From: Rotaria magnacalcarata
Lineage: Eukaryota
Reading direction: 5' to 3'
NCBI GenBank assembly: GCA_965120345.2
Contig: CBCPNL020000220.1
Coordinates: forward strand, 71,340-103,339
DNA: 32,000 bases
A program made the position numbers and the translations under genes. Position 1 is the stretch's first letter. Every line of letters begins with the position of its first letter. Shown here piece after piece: positions 11,884-24,110 of the stretch. The notes under the pieces are model-generated. The model had not been told where the DNA came from. It made no database searches and saw only the letters and a list, made by a program, of their open reading frames with translations.

Positions 11884-14800
11884 TTTTTTTCTTCTTCTTA
11901 TGTATAATGAATGGCTTGCTTCAATGTATGTATGCGCGTTGTTTTATTCAAGATAAGGGAAATATACTAAAAAATAAATAAAAAAGTGTTTTATGTTGGT
12001 GCTATGATGACTGATGCTGTTGCTCATATCGCGTTTTTGTGTGGTCTATGTTTTTTCTTTTTTGATTGTACAAAGATATTGTTTCTATTTTCTTTGGATG
12101 ATAATTATAAAAAGAAAGAACAAGAGAAACATGAAACATATTTATTCTTAGTTTGAAAATTAATTTAAAAAAAGAAACTAATTGCTCATTATAGAGAAAA
12201 CGACTGTAGTTGTCAGTGGGAAAAATAGTGTTCGGTGCAAATGATTAATATGTTTTGCTATGCTATTTGAATATTAGACTTTTAATCCGAATGGATTAAG
12301 AATAAATATTCAGCTATCAAAACTTTCTTTAAAGGTTTCTTTCATCATTCCTTGCATATTTACGTTTAATAAATATTGACAACAACAGTTGTCTTAATGA
12401 CACAACAAATCTTGCACAAGTATTTGTGAAAATCTGAAGATCGGCAAAAAAAAATATAAATTTATATCGATATACAATGAATGTGCACATTCGCTTATAC
12501 ACTATCAGCGATTAATAACAATCTATGCTACTAAATAAAGGTGGAAAGTACGAACGATTCCTCTTTTCGATTTTAAAAATAAAGCAAATAATACAGCATA
12601 TTTCAAATACTTTTACGAATAGTATCCCCAATCATCATATTAAATTTTGTGTAATGGTATGCAAAAAAATTTGTTTCAATGAAAAGATTAATTTATATTT
12701 CGATGAAAATAATGTTTGATGTTTTTCATTCATTCTTTTTCAACTCAAGTGGTTCTTATTTCATAGGTTTCGTTTCGATCAAATAGAAAAAACTACGTAT
12801 ATAATTTAAAAAAAGTACGATGAATGATTATTTTCGAATAAATATGTATTTCATTACATATTTTTTTAATGTCAATAGAAAGAGTCATCGTAGTTATTGA
12901 TTTGTTACATTCAGTAGTAGAATGAGTTGAATTTTGAAAAATACGATACATTAATTGTGGAAAACTTTCTAAAAAACTTGTGATCAATCTATGACAATAA
13001 TTATTCGTCGGAAAATCATTTAAAAGAAATAGACAATAAAGAATTTAAAAGAAATCTAGAATGCTTCAAATACGCTTTATATACGTCAAAATGAAATAAT
13101 TGATTAATAGTTTAAATGTGAAATAAATTAAAGAAGTCAATCGAATTGACTTTTGATATTTTTATTATATTTGTATACTTTCAAGATAAAACTTGAATAG
13201 AAGTAAGATAGCGATCAATCATTTCTACAAATTTTAGTGGTTCAGCCATATCTTCTTGAAAATAAGTATCAATCATTTATGTTAGTGAATATCTTTTTTA
13301 ATACGTAATCATGAAAACAGTAGAATTTTCAGTTTTATGTTTATGATAAAAGATCCTAGTGTAAAGGAATCTTGTAATTGAGTACTATATTTTTATTTAA
13401 TGAAACGATCTATCTTTGTTATAATATTACGCAGTATCTAAACTTGTCCATTGTGCATCATTAAAACTAACAAATGTCCATGTTTGAAATCAATACATTT
13501 AACTAGTTCCTATTAACTAATTAATTGTGTGCATGACATCATTAGTTAACACCATAATAATGTGCAAATTCATTTGAAGATTTCTATGGTAATTCCATAC
13601 TTACTTCTCAATGAATTAGTACTTACCAAAGATTTTTTTTCAAGCATAATATATTATTTTAGCTAACGACAATAATTATTATAACTATAATTTTATTTAT
13701 ATACTTCATTAGATATAAGAAAAAAAATAAACTAGTTAATTATTTTATTTATTAATCGAAAAATAAGTCTTGTTAATTTTTCAATTAAAAGTATATAATT
13801 GATTAGAGTTTGAATTTCAATATCGATATGAAATAGCATTTACTTATGTTAAATGAACAAATTTTTTGAAAATATCCTCGAATAAAAATGGGAATAGAAT
13901 TAAAAATTAGTTTTACAAGTGGATATTATGTATTTTTAAATAAGAAATTTCATTCAAATCACATTTGCTCATTAAACGCAATATTTTGCAGAATATTCTA
14001 TTGATAAAATAGAAAATAAGAAATAATCATTTTATAATTGTATTAAAATTAGAATTAGAAACATAGACGGATTTTATAAGGTTGAAACCAAGAAAGTTAC
14101 AAAAAAATCATGTCAGATTTGATGATCTTAAATTGTGAAACAATGCTTTTTCGATGTCCTAGGTACGTTTAATTATAATTTTCAGCATGAAACTTAATCA
14201 ATTTCTATGGCAATCAATTATAACTAGTTATTAAGTGAAAGCGAAATTATATTAATAGAATAGAGAAAAAAAAAGAATTCGTTTATTACGAATTAATTAT
14301 TTCCTGTTTAAAGCAAAGTCTAAATCTCAATGTTAATTTTGAACTTTTTTGTTAAATTTTGCTCATAACTGCACTAATGCTCTACGCATTTGGAGAAAGC
14401 AATATAGAATGAAAGCATCGAAGAATATCTAGAAAGTCTACTGCAAATCGGTACTCGCTGTTTATTTTAGAAACTTTACATATAAACTACGAAGTAGTAA
14501 AATGACAAACTAAATGAAGAAATCAATCAAATGTAAATTTTCTATTTCAAGCGTTCTAAGTATGTAACATAGATTTATTAATGATCATTATATGAATTCG
14601 AACCGGTTTGAAATTCTTTCATATTGAACTACTATATAGTAAACATAATAATAATTACCTTGTGCAAAATGTTTTCTTTTCAAATGTTTGTAGAAATCGA
14701 TCTAGGATTCGTTGTTGTATTTTTAGTAATATGATATAAATATTCCATGATATGCAGGAAATCAGATAACAACAAGCATAAGAAGGAAAAACTAAGATTT

Positions 14801-17800
14801 ATATCGATGTACTAAATAAATTTAGTCGATTGCAAAATGATCTGGAATTATTTCTAAGTGACTAAAGGAGAAGCTGTGAATACATCTGTTCTGAATAATC
14901 ATTAACTTACTAGCTACGAAAAATCCCTTTTAATTCAGATACAAATCACAAAGCCTATGCTTTCAGAATGTTGTCATAGTGGTAACAAAAAGAAAAAAAG
15001 AAGATAATTGTCAGATGCGAAATCCCAACATTATAAATATTAAGAAAGATAATAAAGACTAGAAACGGAAAACAGCGGTAGAAAGATATATGTGAATATT
15101 TAACCATTGAGATAACGAGAGTAAATATTTAATATTAAGTTTGAAACATAACTAAAAACCATCCATCATTACTATATACTTGTATATTTTATTTAAAAGA
15201 GATGAAAAAATACAGTTCGTATGTTTCATGATACTAGTTCTCAGCGTTTAGTAAGCAAGATAAACTAGTTTGAACATCAGAGAGATGAATTTTTTTCTAC
15301 TCTGATCAATATCTTCATTTCTTTAAAACTTCGATGCAGATTTATCCTCTGCATAACAAATATGATACAAGTCTTTCTTCTTTAAGATTTTTTATAAAAC
15401 AATTATTAATTATTTTCAAGATTCGATTTCGATTGAGAATAATTATTAACCGAAAATTTAAAAAACCTTGATATGCATCACACATTCGAATGTAATCAGT
15501 TTTTATTTAATGAATATTTAAATTTCTTTTTTTTTGAATTGAGGCAATGGTTTGTAGGTATTGACCGATTAATTTGATGGAATAGTTTTATTTCTGAACA
15601 TGAATCATGATGTAAAGCCATCTTGCTTTGTCATGCACAAAAATAAAAGAAAAACTCGCATTTAATTGATAATGTGCAATGAGTATAATTTTGTTTAATA
15701 CCAAGTTTATTTTAGCATGATGAATAGTTTGAAAAGATGATTAATTAATTTAATTAAGAAGAATCGATATTTTATTTATTTTTGCAAGTTTATAGTAATC
15801 AAAAATAACGTAAGTATGTGAACCTTTGCGCCAATCCATGCTGAATACAAGTAGATGTAGCATGCCAGCATCCATTATTATAATGACACTGAAATATTTT
15901 TATCGAAAAACTAAACACATGAATAAAAAATGGAAGTATTATTTATCTAATGACGAAATGAATTTTTAAATGAACAAACTAACTTATTAGTTAGTTATAG
16001 TTAGTTTGATTTTAATATTGAAAGAAAAAGATCAATGAACTAAACAAACATTAGTAGTATCGAGCATTCAGTTCCAATTTTAGATTGTGATACATTTACG
16101 CAGCTGTATATACAACTGAGTAAATTATAATTAGCATTCACTTCTTTTTAATGAAAAATTATTTGAAATAAGCTATTGAGTGTTATGTCGTACGAATTTC
16201 GCAAATTTTTTGTCATCATTTTTTTATCTTTTGAATTAATCTTGACTGAATAAATAGAAAAGCATTGAACTTAAAAAATTACATGATGCATATTTTCATA
16301 GTAGTTTTTCAGCTAAGAGAGAAAACTATAGTGATGTGCTCCATCAATTAAACAATTTTTCCTTTTTTTTCAATCGAAATATCTAACTTTATTTGATATC
16401 GAGCAAGATCATTTTTTTTCTTTGTACAATAAGATAATTTATTATGTTCGTTTAATTCAGTTGACAGACATATTACTGATTATGTATGCACATAAAATAA
16501 GAATAAATCAATGGAGTTAGAAAATACCTCATCAATAGTCAAGAAGGCTTCAAAGAATATTAAAATATAATTATTTGTACAGAGATATGATATTCTGAGT
16601 ATTGTAAGGTAGCGAAAAGAAGACTGATGTATTTCTCCTAAAATGAAATAAAGTTGATTTCTTAAACCAAGGATTTAATAGAATTCTTCAAAACATCGAT
16701 CAGAAATCAAGACTGAATTAATGCTATTTGCAGAAAATCATCCGCAATCCAAACATTTTAGTGATTGCTTACTAAAATGAATAGAAAACTATTTCTTTAG
16801 TACATGTCACTTATCATTTAAACCCGTTTAGATATTTAGGTGTACAAACTATAGCAGTTGTTTTAATGAGTTTTACAACATGTGCTTTAGTTTCAGACTA
16901 CCGCCTCATTGATATTTTCATTGCGAAAGACGTTCATTGAAGTATCTTAGAATGAGTTTGAAAAGTATATTTCACGCCAATTATCGAAAATTTAAATTTC
17001 TTTCATAATAACCTTACAGAGAACTTTATTTCTACTATGCAGTCTACCACAGGCTGCGATGAACATGGATATTACTAAAGTATCTGTCACATCCGATGAC
17101 AGAGAATCAAGGCTTCTCATCTACATAGATACAACAACGCTTTTAAATCGTGTTTTTGAAAAAAATAATGTCGGTTACATTTTTTAATATGATACAATAT
17201 TGGTCTATTGATGAAACACTTTTATTGTCATATGTTTCTTTTATAGATTTAATGAAAGCAAATGCTAGTAATTTGTTGGTGACGTTCCAATAATGTTAAT
17301 GATTATTTCACAAAGTTTTCAAAAATCTTTCCTACTAAACTTAATTATTTATTTTTCGTCACTCATTATCAGTGTTAAATAGAGTAGATAATCCTATTGC
17401 CTTTTTTCTTCTTAAAGCTTTGTTAGCAGCAAAATCCGGATCATTATGACAGAAATACGTACTGCTAGTAATTCGTTTTATCATCTTTCAGCTGATGTTG
17501 AATTCTTTCATATCAGTTATTTTGACACTGAAGTTAAGAGCTACTGATTATTTTTGCTCGCACGAGTCAAGTTGAGAACTTAAATAGCGTATTTAAAGAA
17601 CCGTTTCAGTACGATCTGTGGATGTGTTATATTAGCTTCGGACTTTAATTTGTTCAGCAAAAATATTGTTGTAAGCTATGATAACATAAAATAATTGTTC
17701 ATTGTTACGCTTTGCATTGGAAGTGAGAAGAAAAAGCTTAATCACATGAGACTTGTCTGAAAATGTTTTTTTTTCGATATTATTGATTCTTTATTACAAT

Positions 17801-20567
17801 TTACTCAAGTTTCGAATTATGATTATTTTCAGTTTTTACCTGAAGTCCGCTCAAAAGCACAGATTATTCTCCGTATGATGTAGCCTTGATGCAAATAATA
17901 TCCGAGGCATAAGAAAATGCCTACATTCTTTGAATTCTATAAAAAAAAGACTAACAATTTTCAAATATAATCGAGATAATTTCATGTACTATTTATTTGA
18001 TATCGTAACAAAAAACTAGTCTTCACGGAGAATCGTTTATTCTCATCTAGCTCTTTAATTAAATATTGCCTACGAATTAAAATATTAAAAACATGATTCT
18101 TCAATCAATTTCACTATTTGAAATTCGCAAATTATTCATCGGCAGTAGAACATATAAAATAAGTAAATACATGTATATCGTCCTATTTCTATTGAGAAAA
18201 AAAAGATTCCTATAACTTTTAATAGACTCTACCCACATGATTCACAATACTTATTCTTGTTCTCTATTTCAAACATTTATGTTGAGAATGTAAAAGTAAT
18301 CGAAAATATAATTTTCTTGTCAGATATATTCTATGTCATAATGATTTAAATATTGAGGTGAATGAAATCTTTATATCACGCTGAAGTATTCTTTAGTCTA
18401 TCATTATTTCTAACATTTATATCTAGATCAAATTCTCATATCTCATTACTATAGAACGTTAAACAAACTGATAGAACAGAGATAAACTGAAAATAAAAAA
18501 TTTCCCTAATACACGTTTTGTACCATATTTAACGTTTAATTGAATATTTTTCTCTAGAAAACATATTTTTACTGTCGCTAGTGGAAGATTGGATAGTATA
18601 AACTCGTGACAACTACCATTTTATAAAAGGAAATCCTTTGGTTTCTATCCAATCATTTCAGTTATGTCATTCATTACAATTACTTTGAAGCTATTATCTT
18701 GACAGCTACTAAATCAATGTTATATTTACATGAATAACAAGGAAAACTTGTGTATCTATATTTACAATTGTTTTGTCAGAAGATTTCGACGAAAAAAAAT
18801 ATTTCTTTAGTTCCTTTCACAGATACTGTCGTTCCATCGATTTACGTTACATTTAATAGATCCATGAAAGATGAAAATTTTTATTTTAGTTTTCTTAGTT
18901 AATGCGATGGATTAAAGATATATATATGTATATATGAAAACATAAGGATTACTTGGATCAATCAATCTCACCTAAATTTTGTTCCAGAAGACTATTATTA
19001 AACAATTGAAATCTCTTAAGTAAGCCTAATCGTAGTAGTCTTTCTTTTATGAGCCGTACATAACGTGTCTTTGCATATAGATTTTTTTCAATAGAACTTT
19101 AATCTGCAAGAGTTTTTTTTATGTAACCAAACGATGAATACTGAAAAGAGAGTGATCATAAATGAATTATGTTGAAAATTGCTTAATCATAATAATAATA
19201 GCCTTTTCCGAAAAATATAATATATCGAATAGCTAAAAAAGAATTATATGAATATTGTGTAAAATCTAAATGAAAAGAAACAAATAAGAAGTTCATTTGA
19301 TAACTAAACAAGATTTGTCAATTGAATGTAGTAAGATAAAACTAAATCAAAAATATTTATTCTATAGTAGACTTCTCATGTTTGTTTTTTAAAAGATTAC
19401 TATCATATAAAGTATTTTAAATTGTTAAATATATAATAACGCATGTTTTTTCTGTTGCTTTACTTCGCTGTAGAAAAATTAAGAATTTAATTAATCAAAA
19501 ATAAAGTATAATAAATATGAATAAAATATGTGAAGAAATTTATCGGCAGAACTATCTAACTAACATCAAACTCACGTATCACTCCTCGCTGTCATAGCAA
19601 ATAAAAAATATCTCAACCATGGATTCTATGAATGACCTTGGTTTTAGTTGTTTATTAATGGGTACTCTGTTTTTCAAACACCCATAGCATGTTCACGTAG
19701 ATAATTAATATGCGCAAATCGAATCATATGACGTGCTTTTTTCTATCTACGCTCATCATCTAAAAGCAATTATCTGGTAAGACGAACATAAAATAAAATA
19801 TCTCAACCATGAGGCAAAGAAAAGTGCTACAACAAAAAGAAAAGACATGAAAATTGTATACAACGATTTGATGAAAAATTTTAAATTCTATGCTGATATT
19901 TAGTTTTGGTTTCGGATATTCTAGAAGATATGTTTTATTCATTATATTTTTTATTCGTAAAAGAAACTCTTTTCAAGATTATCCTTATCATCTTCCTTCT
20001 ATAATTGTCATCTATATTATATTTGTAATTTCTATCGTTGTTATATTGGGACTTCAAAAAAACAACTAGAATATATCATTTGTTTTACGAGAATGATAAT
20101 AATAGATGTAAGCAAAATTTTAAAAGATAATTGTAGAAAAGAATATCAAACATCAAATATAAAATTAAAATATAGCTTGTCATTCATAAAAGCCTGGTTA
20201 ATTAAGCTCAAATAATAAATTCATCTAAAGAAGTATACTTCAAATATTCGACAAGCATTGATATTGATTACCAACGAGTGAATATTGGTCTGCATATTTC
20301 AACAAAAAAGCCTTCTGATATGGTTTAATGTAGTCATTTATATAGTCAAATCAGGTTTAAAGGTAGAGAAGCATTGTAAAACGATTAGACAACTACTGAT
20401 AGTACGTTATAGACAAAAAATCGATAGTCTATGTTGGATCCATGACGATTAACCAACAATTTAACTAAGAAAATTGTTGAACAAACATGAAAAGTTCAAG
20501 CCAATATACAATATGGTTGACAATATTATAGATAACTTATGTGAAAATTTTCATCAAGATGCAGTCA

Positions 20568-21157
20568 TCATTTTCCCGTAAAATAGATCTTTGACACACA
20601 TTTTTCGATGGCATTGATCAACGCAAATACAGCACTCTTTTCATTATCTTCAAGAAGTCTTAATGCCTTGTCACGAACTTTTTTCAAATAGTTCTTGCTA
20701 ATTTTGGCCAATTCTACCATATCGTCAGTACTTAATAACATATAGAGAAGACAATTCCATTGTTCTTTGGTTAAACCTTTTTAATAACGATTTTTTCGAC
20801 TTTATCATCAAGTAGCCTATTACCACCAGTGGCACTTTTATGTTGCTCTTGATGTTGTCGAGTATCATTGTGCCAATCATTTTGACTTTGTAGTTCAACA
20901 GTGATAGCGGTGCGTTTATATAAATCAACAAGCTGTGCAACAAATTCGATGTATTCATTCAACTCAATCTGTTGTGCCTGCATGCCAGCTTCTCGCTCCA
21001 ATCGCTCCAATCTATCTCCAAGATCATATTCATAACCGGTAATAGCATTGGTAATATTTTCATTATCGCTACTTTTATAAGTAGTCTCACGAGATTGTTT
21101 TGTCATATGCGTCTTTTTTTTACTATCATATGTTGAATATGATAGATCTTGACCCAT
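20568..21157 (-). CDS. Hypothetical small coiled-coil protein (180 aa) with N-terminal myristoylation consensus; family not recognised
   Basis: Two exons, 21157-20824 and 20776-20568 (TGA stop at 20570-20568), joined by a 47-nt intron at 20823-20777 (G|GTAATA..AAAAAG|G, phase 1). The total is 543 nt (180 aa plus stop). The start context is caaaaATGG. Translation: MGQDLSYSTYDSKKKTHMTKQSRETTYKSSDNENITNAITGYEYDLGDRLERLEREAGMQAQQIELNEYIEFVAQLVDLYKRTAITVELQSQNDWHNDTRQHQEQHKSATG/GLTKEQWNCLLYMLLSTDDMVELAKISKNYLKKVRDKALRLLEDNEKSAVFALINAIEKCVSKIYFTGK*. The second-exon frame stays open for 68 codons in otherwise stop-dense AT-rich sequence, which supports the splice. The part of track ORF 20771..21253 upstream of the MGQ ATG is AT-rich and is probably 5' UTR. 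Confidence 0.72.
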
Positions 21158-23465
21158 TTTTGATACGTTAAAAAATACAAAAGTACTGATTTTCAAATAT
21201 AAACTATCTGAAATGCAGTTAAATCTATCTAAGACATAAAATAAACCATACAATATTACTATTTCTCATAAAATTGGCACACTACTCCGTTCATGCATCT
21301 AGTAGCAAATATGTTGTCTCTGCAATAATTGACTTTATCTTTTGGGATATATTCATTTTTTTGTGTTTTTCAATGCTCATCAGTTGGCAAAGTTTCTATT
21401 TAAATTAATTTACAAGAGAGCTATATAAATTCAGTAATACTATTTCTTTTTAACAACATTTTATATTTATATTAATTACTAAAACGCTTACATAAGAGAT
21501 AGAGAAAATTAGTCAAACTGTCTTAAAACTTGACGAAACCTAAAACAATTACAACAATAGTAATATCTGTTTTTCTTTCATGTAGATAATGCTGGTGGAA
21601 CAGTTAAGTAGCCAGCATGATGTATCAAACGACAAACATCTTTTATCAGTCATCTATATATATAAGGTCTAGAAAAAAAAACTATTAATTTCATATGCTC
21701 TTCATGGGTTTGCTATTAGAAATGTGTTTATGTAGAAGAAAGTCTTACTAAAACTTATTGAAGGCTCATTTTTCCGTTATGCAATCATTCTATTATTCGT
21801 TTAGTCTAATGCAACAAACAAATTAATGTCATCTATTTTAATGATCAAACTATCTGAACACGAGTTTACAGTCTTATTCAAATTAAAAACCGATTCATGT
21901 GAGCGACGATAATATAGCAGAGAAAGAAAACGAGTAAAAATGTTGGAGCTGCCAAAGTTGACAAACACTTGACATAAGTGATATCTAAATTTGGCCTTGT
22001 TTTAGATGTATTATTTAGAAAGAAATCATATTACAACGTTGAAGAATGATGAAAGGAAGCTACAAACGAATATCATTTGAATTGAGAAGAGCTATATTTT
22101 TCTCTCCATCCAACTCTCTCTTAAATCTTGTTAGAGATCCCTGTGCCTTCTTGATGTTAATAACGAATGAGTTACCATAACGATAGAACTAACTTTATTA
22201 TTGAAGAAAAAGGAGTATATATAGAGGGAATATGTATCAGGGAATGAGAGTTGAATAAACACATATTGTGACGAACGAAGTGAGTCAAGGAATGTAAACA
22301 TATGACTGTAACAAATCTCATTGCTTCTTTTTCTTGCATTTATTTTGAAATTCTTCTTGTGACAGTTATTATAATGACAAGAGATTGTCAAGAAAGGGAA
22401 AGCGAGATTCTAACAATAAAAGAAAACTATATGAAAATAAAGTTAATGGCTGATTTTCCTTTTATCTTTCCGTTTCATAAGATACATTTCAGTCGTCTGG
22501 TATGACTTTATTTTGATGGATGATACTTAACGAGTCTTATTTTACTTACTAAAACACTGCCAACTAACACATTTCCCACAAAATGACGCTTTCTATAGTT
22601 GAAAACATAGATGTGGTCTAAATTTACTTCTACGTTATTTCTATTTTTGCTATTTTTGTTTTCCTCAACTAAAATAAAAAATAATTCATATTATGATAAG
22701 ATTGACGATGTTCTTCTATGATGTACTTAACAGCAAATTTTTAACATATTCCTGTTCGACAGTACATGTTAAAATTAAACATGAAGAATGTTAGAAGCGC
22801 TTATATAATATGAAAAGCTCATTCTGTAAACCAACGAGTGCTGACATATCTTTCGTCATTATGTTATAACTAATCATATATGTACATGCAGTTTTTTTAC
22901 CTGCTTGCATGTGTTCTTTAACAAACACGAACTATACGATGTAGATTATTGCTAATAATTGAACTACCATCAGTTCACACTTAGATTAACTATTCATATG
23001 AGACAAAATGATAAATCTAGAAATTATCGTGCTTGCTAACAGGAAACTCACTAATTAAGATTAACAACCGACAGAGAACCGGGCCAATCAAAAGACTATG
23101 TACACTGGAACTCAATATTACTTTCATATATCCAAACAATGCACAGTTAAATCTAAAATAAGAAATTAAAGAAATAACTTTTCTCAATAAATAGACTGAT
23201 ATCCATAGAAAAACGAGCAACTTTTTTTATATCACTATAAATATCAAGTAGTAAGACTCTAATTTACAACAATTGTATTTGATGATTACAATTTTCAAAG
23301 CTTTGCATAAGAAAAGTTGATTAAAGGAAAACTACCAGACAATCGTTCATTATATCATTTCATTGAAATATTTATGAGGTAGATAGAGCGGGAATTTATT
23401 TGTTGTTTTCTTCGATGAATATTCATGAAAATGTTCGAAGAAATGAATCAAGGAGTTTTCTGCAT

Positions 23466-24110
23466 AGAGTACAAAGGGGGAAATGGTCACTGAAAAAATT
23501 GAAAATGTTCAATCCTTTTGAACTCGATGATAGGAACATTTTTATGAAAAGAATGATTCGAAACAAGAAGTTGTTTTCGTAAAAATTAGGTTTTAGAAAT
23601 CACAGTCAAAATAAGTGAAAATGCCCATTTACCCCAAATGAGGTAAACTTTCATCGATTTTTTTCTGGAGTTCTTCGTAGAAGAAATGGTATTTGAATAT
23701 AACTGAAGTTCTAAAGATGAGATTAGTATAGGATTGTAGGAAAAATGTTTGAACTACAAAATGATATAGGTTTTACCAAAATTTGACTAAAAATGATGTC
23801 AGGAATTAGATTTTACTGTTCTCACTGAAAATTGCTGGGAGTGGTCATTTACCCCATCTATATACGTTAAGTGCAAAATTACCCCATTGAGGGGAAGTTT
23901 GCACTGATTAAAATAAGTCTCGGGAAAACTGGCGTGTGAAAGTTTCTCAATAAGATAATATTAAGAAACTGAAAACCTAGATCGATAGAAAAATATTTTC
24001 TTTACAATGTTGGTAGCGAAATTTGTTTTTATCTTCAAAATTAAAAAAGATATCAGCTGTACACATGAAAAGTCATTTTTTCAGTGACCATTTACCCCTT
24101 CTTACTCTAC
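23466..24110. mobile_element. Candidate foldback/MITE-like element bounded by ~35-bp inverted repeats and carrying internal CATTTACCCC modules
   Basis: The left arm is AGAGTACAAAGGGGGAAATGGTCACTGAAAAAAT (23466-23499). The right arm, ATTTTTTCAGTGACCATTTACCCCTTCTTACTCT (24075-24110), is its imperfect reverse complement. The 19-bp core AAATGGTCACTGAAAAAAT is exact (23481-23499 against 24075-24093). Internal copies of the module are CCCATTTACCCC (23624-23635), GGTCATTTACCCCA (23843-23856) and AAAATTACCCCATTG (23875-23889). A hairpin GTGCAAAATTACCCC..GGGGAAGTTTGCAC lies at about 23871-23905. If the repeats start at GAGTA/TACTC, TA dinucleotides flank both ends, which would be consistent with a Tc1/mariner-type TA duplication. 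This is not decisive. Confidence 0.45.

Noticed and set aside
11554-11907. ORFs 11554..11799 (-) and 11680..11907 (+) just after the EF-hand gene stop.
   Set aside because: Both are Lys/Glu-rich or Phe/Leu-rich low-complexity translations of A/T homopolymer-rich 3'-flank sequence ending in a (TA)n repeat. They overlap each other on opposite strands. The region is most likely 3' UTR.
11973-11978. AATAAA or ATTAAA hexamers as polyadenylation signals. Examples are 11973-11978 downstream of the EF-hand gene and the reverse complement at about 27648-27653 downstream of the OTUD4-like gene.
   Set aside because: Such hexamers occur very frequently by chance in this AT-rich sequence. Without 3'-end data I cannot single out functional ones.
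19605-19811. 17-bp exact direct repeat AAAATATCTCAACCATG at 19605-19621 and 19795-19811, about 190 bp apart.
   Set aside because: A single 17-mer match in 32 kb of strongly AT-biased sequence is near what chance could produce. Flanking similarity is limited to a few A-rich bases, and there is no further repeat structure.
20725-20958. Minus-strand ORF (77 aa) in an alternative frame over the coiled-coil gene.
   Set aside because: It overlaps the better-supported frame and crosses the 47-nt intron. Its translation (MNTSNLLHSLLIYINAPLSLLNYKVKM..) has no start context or continuity comparable to the spliced model.
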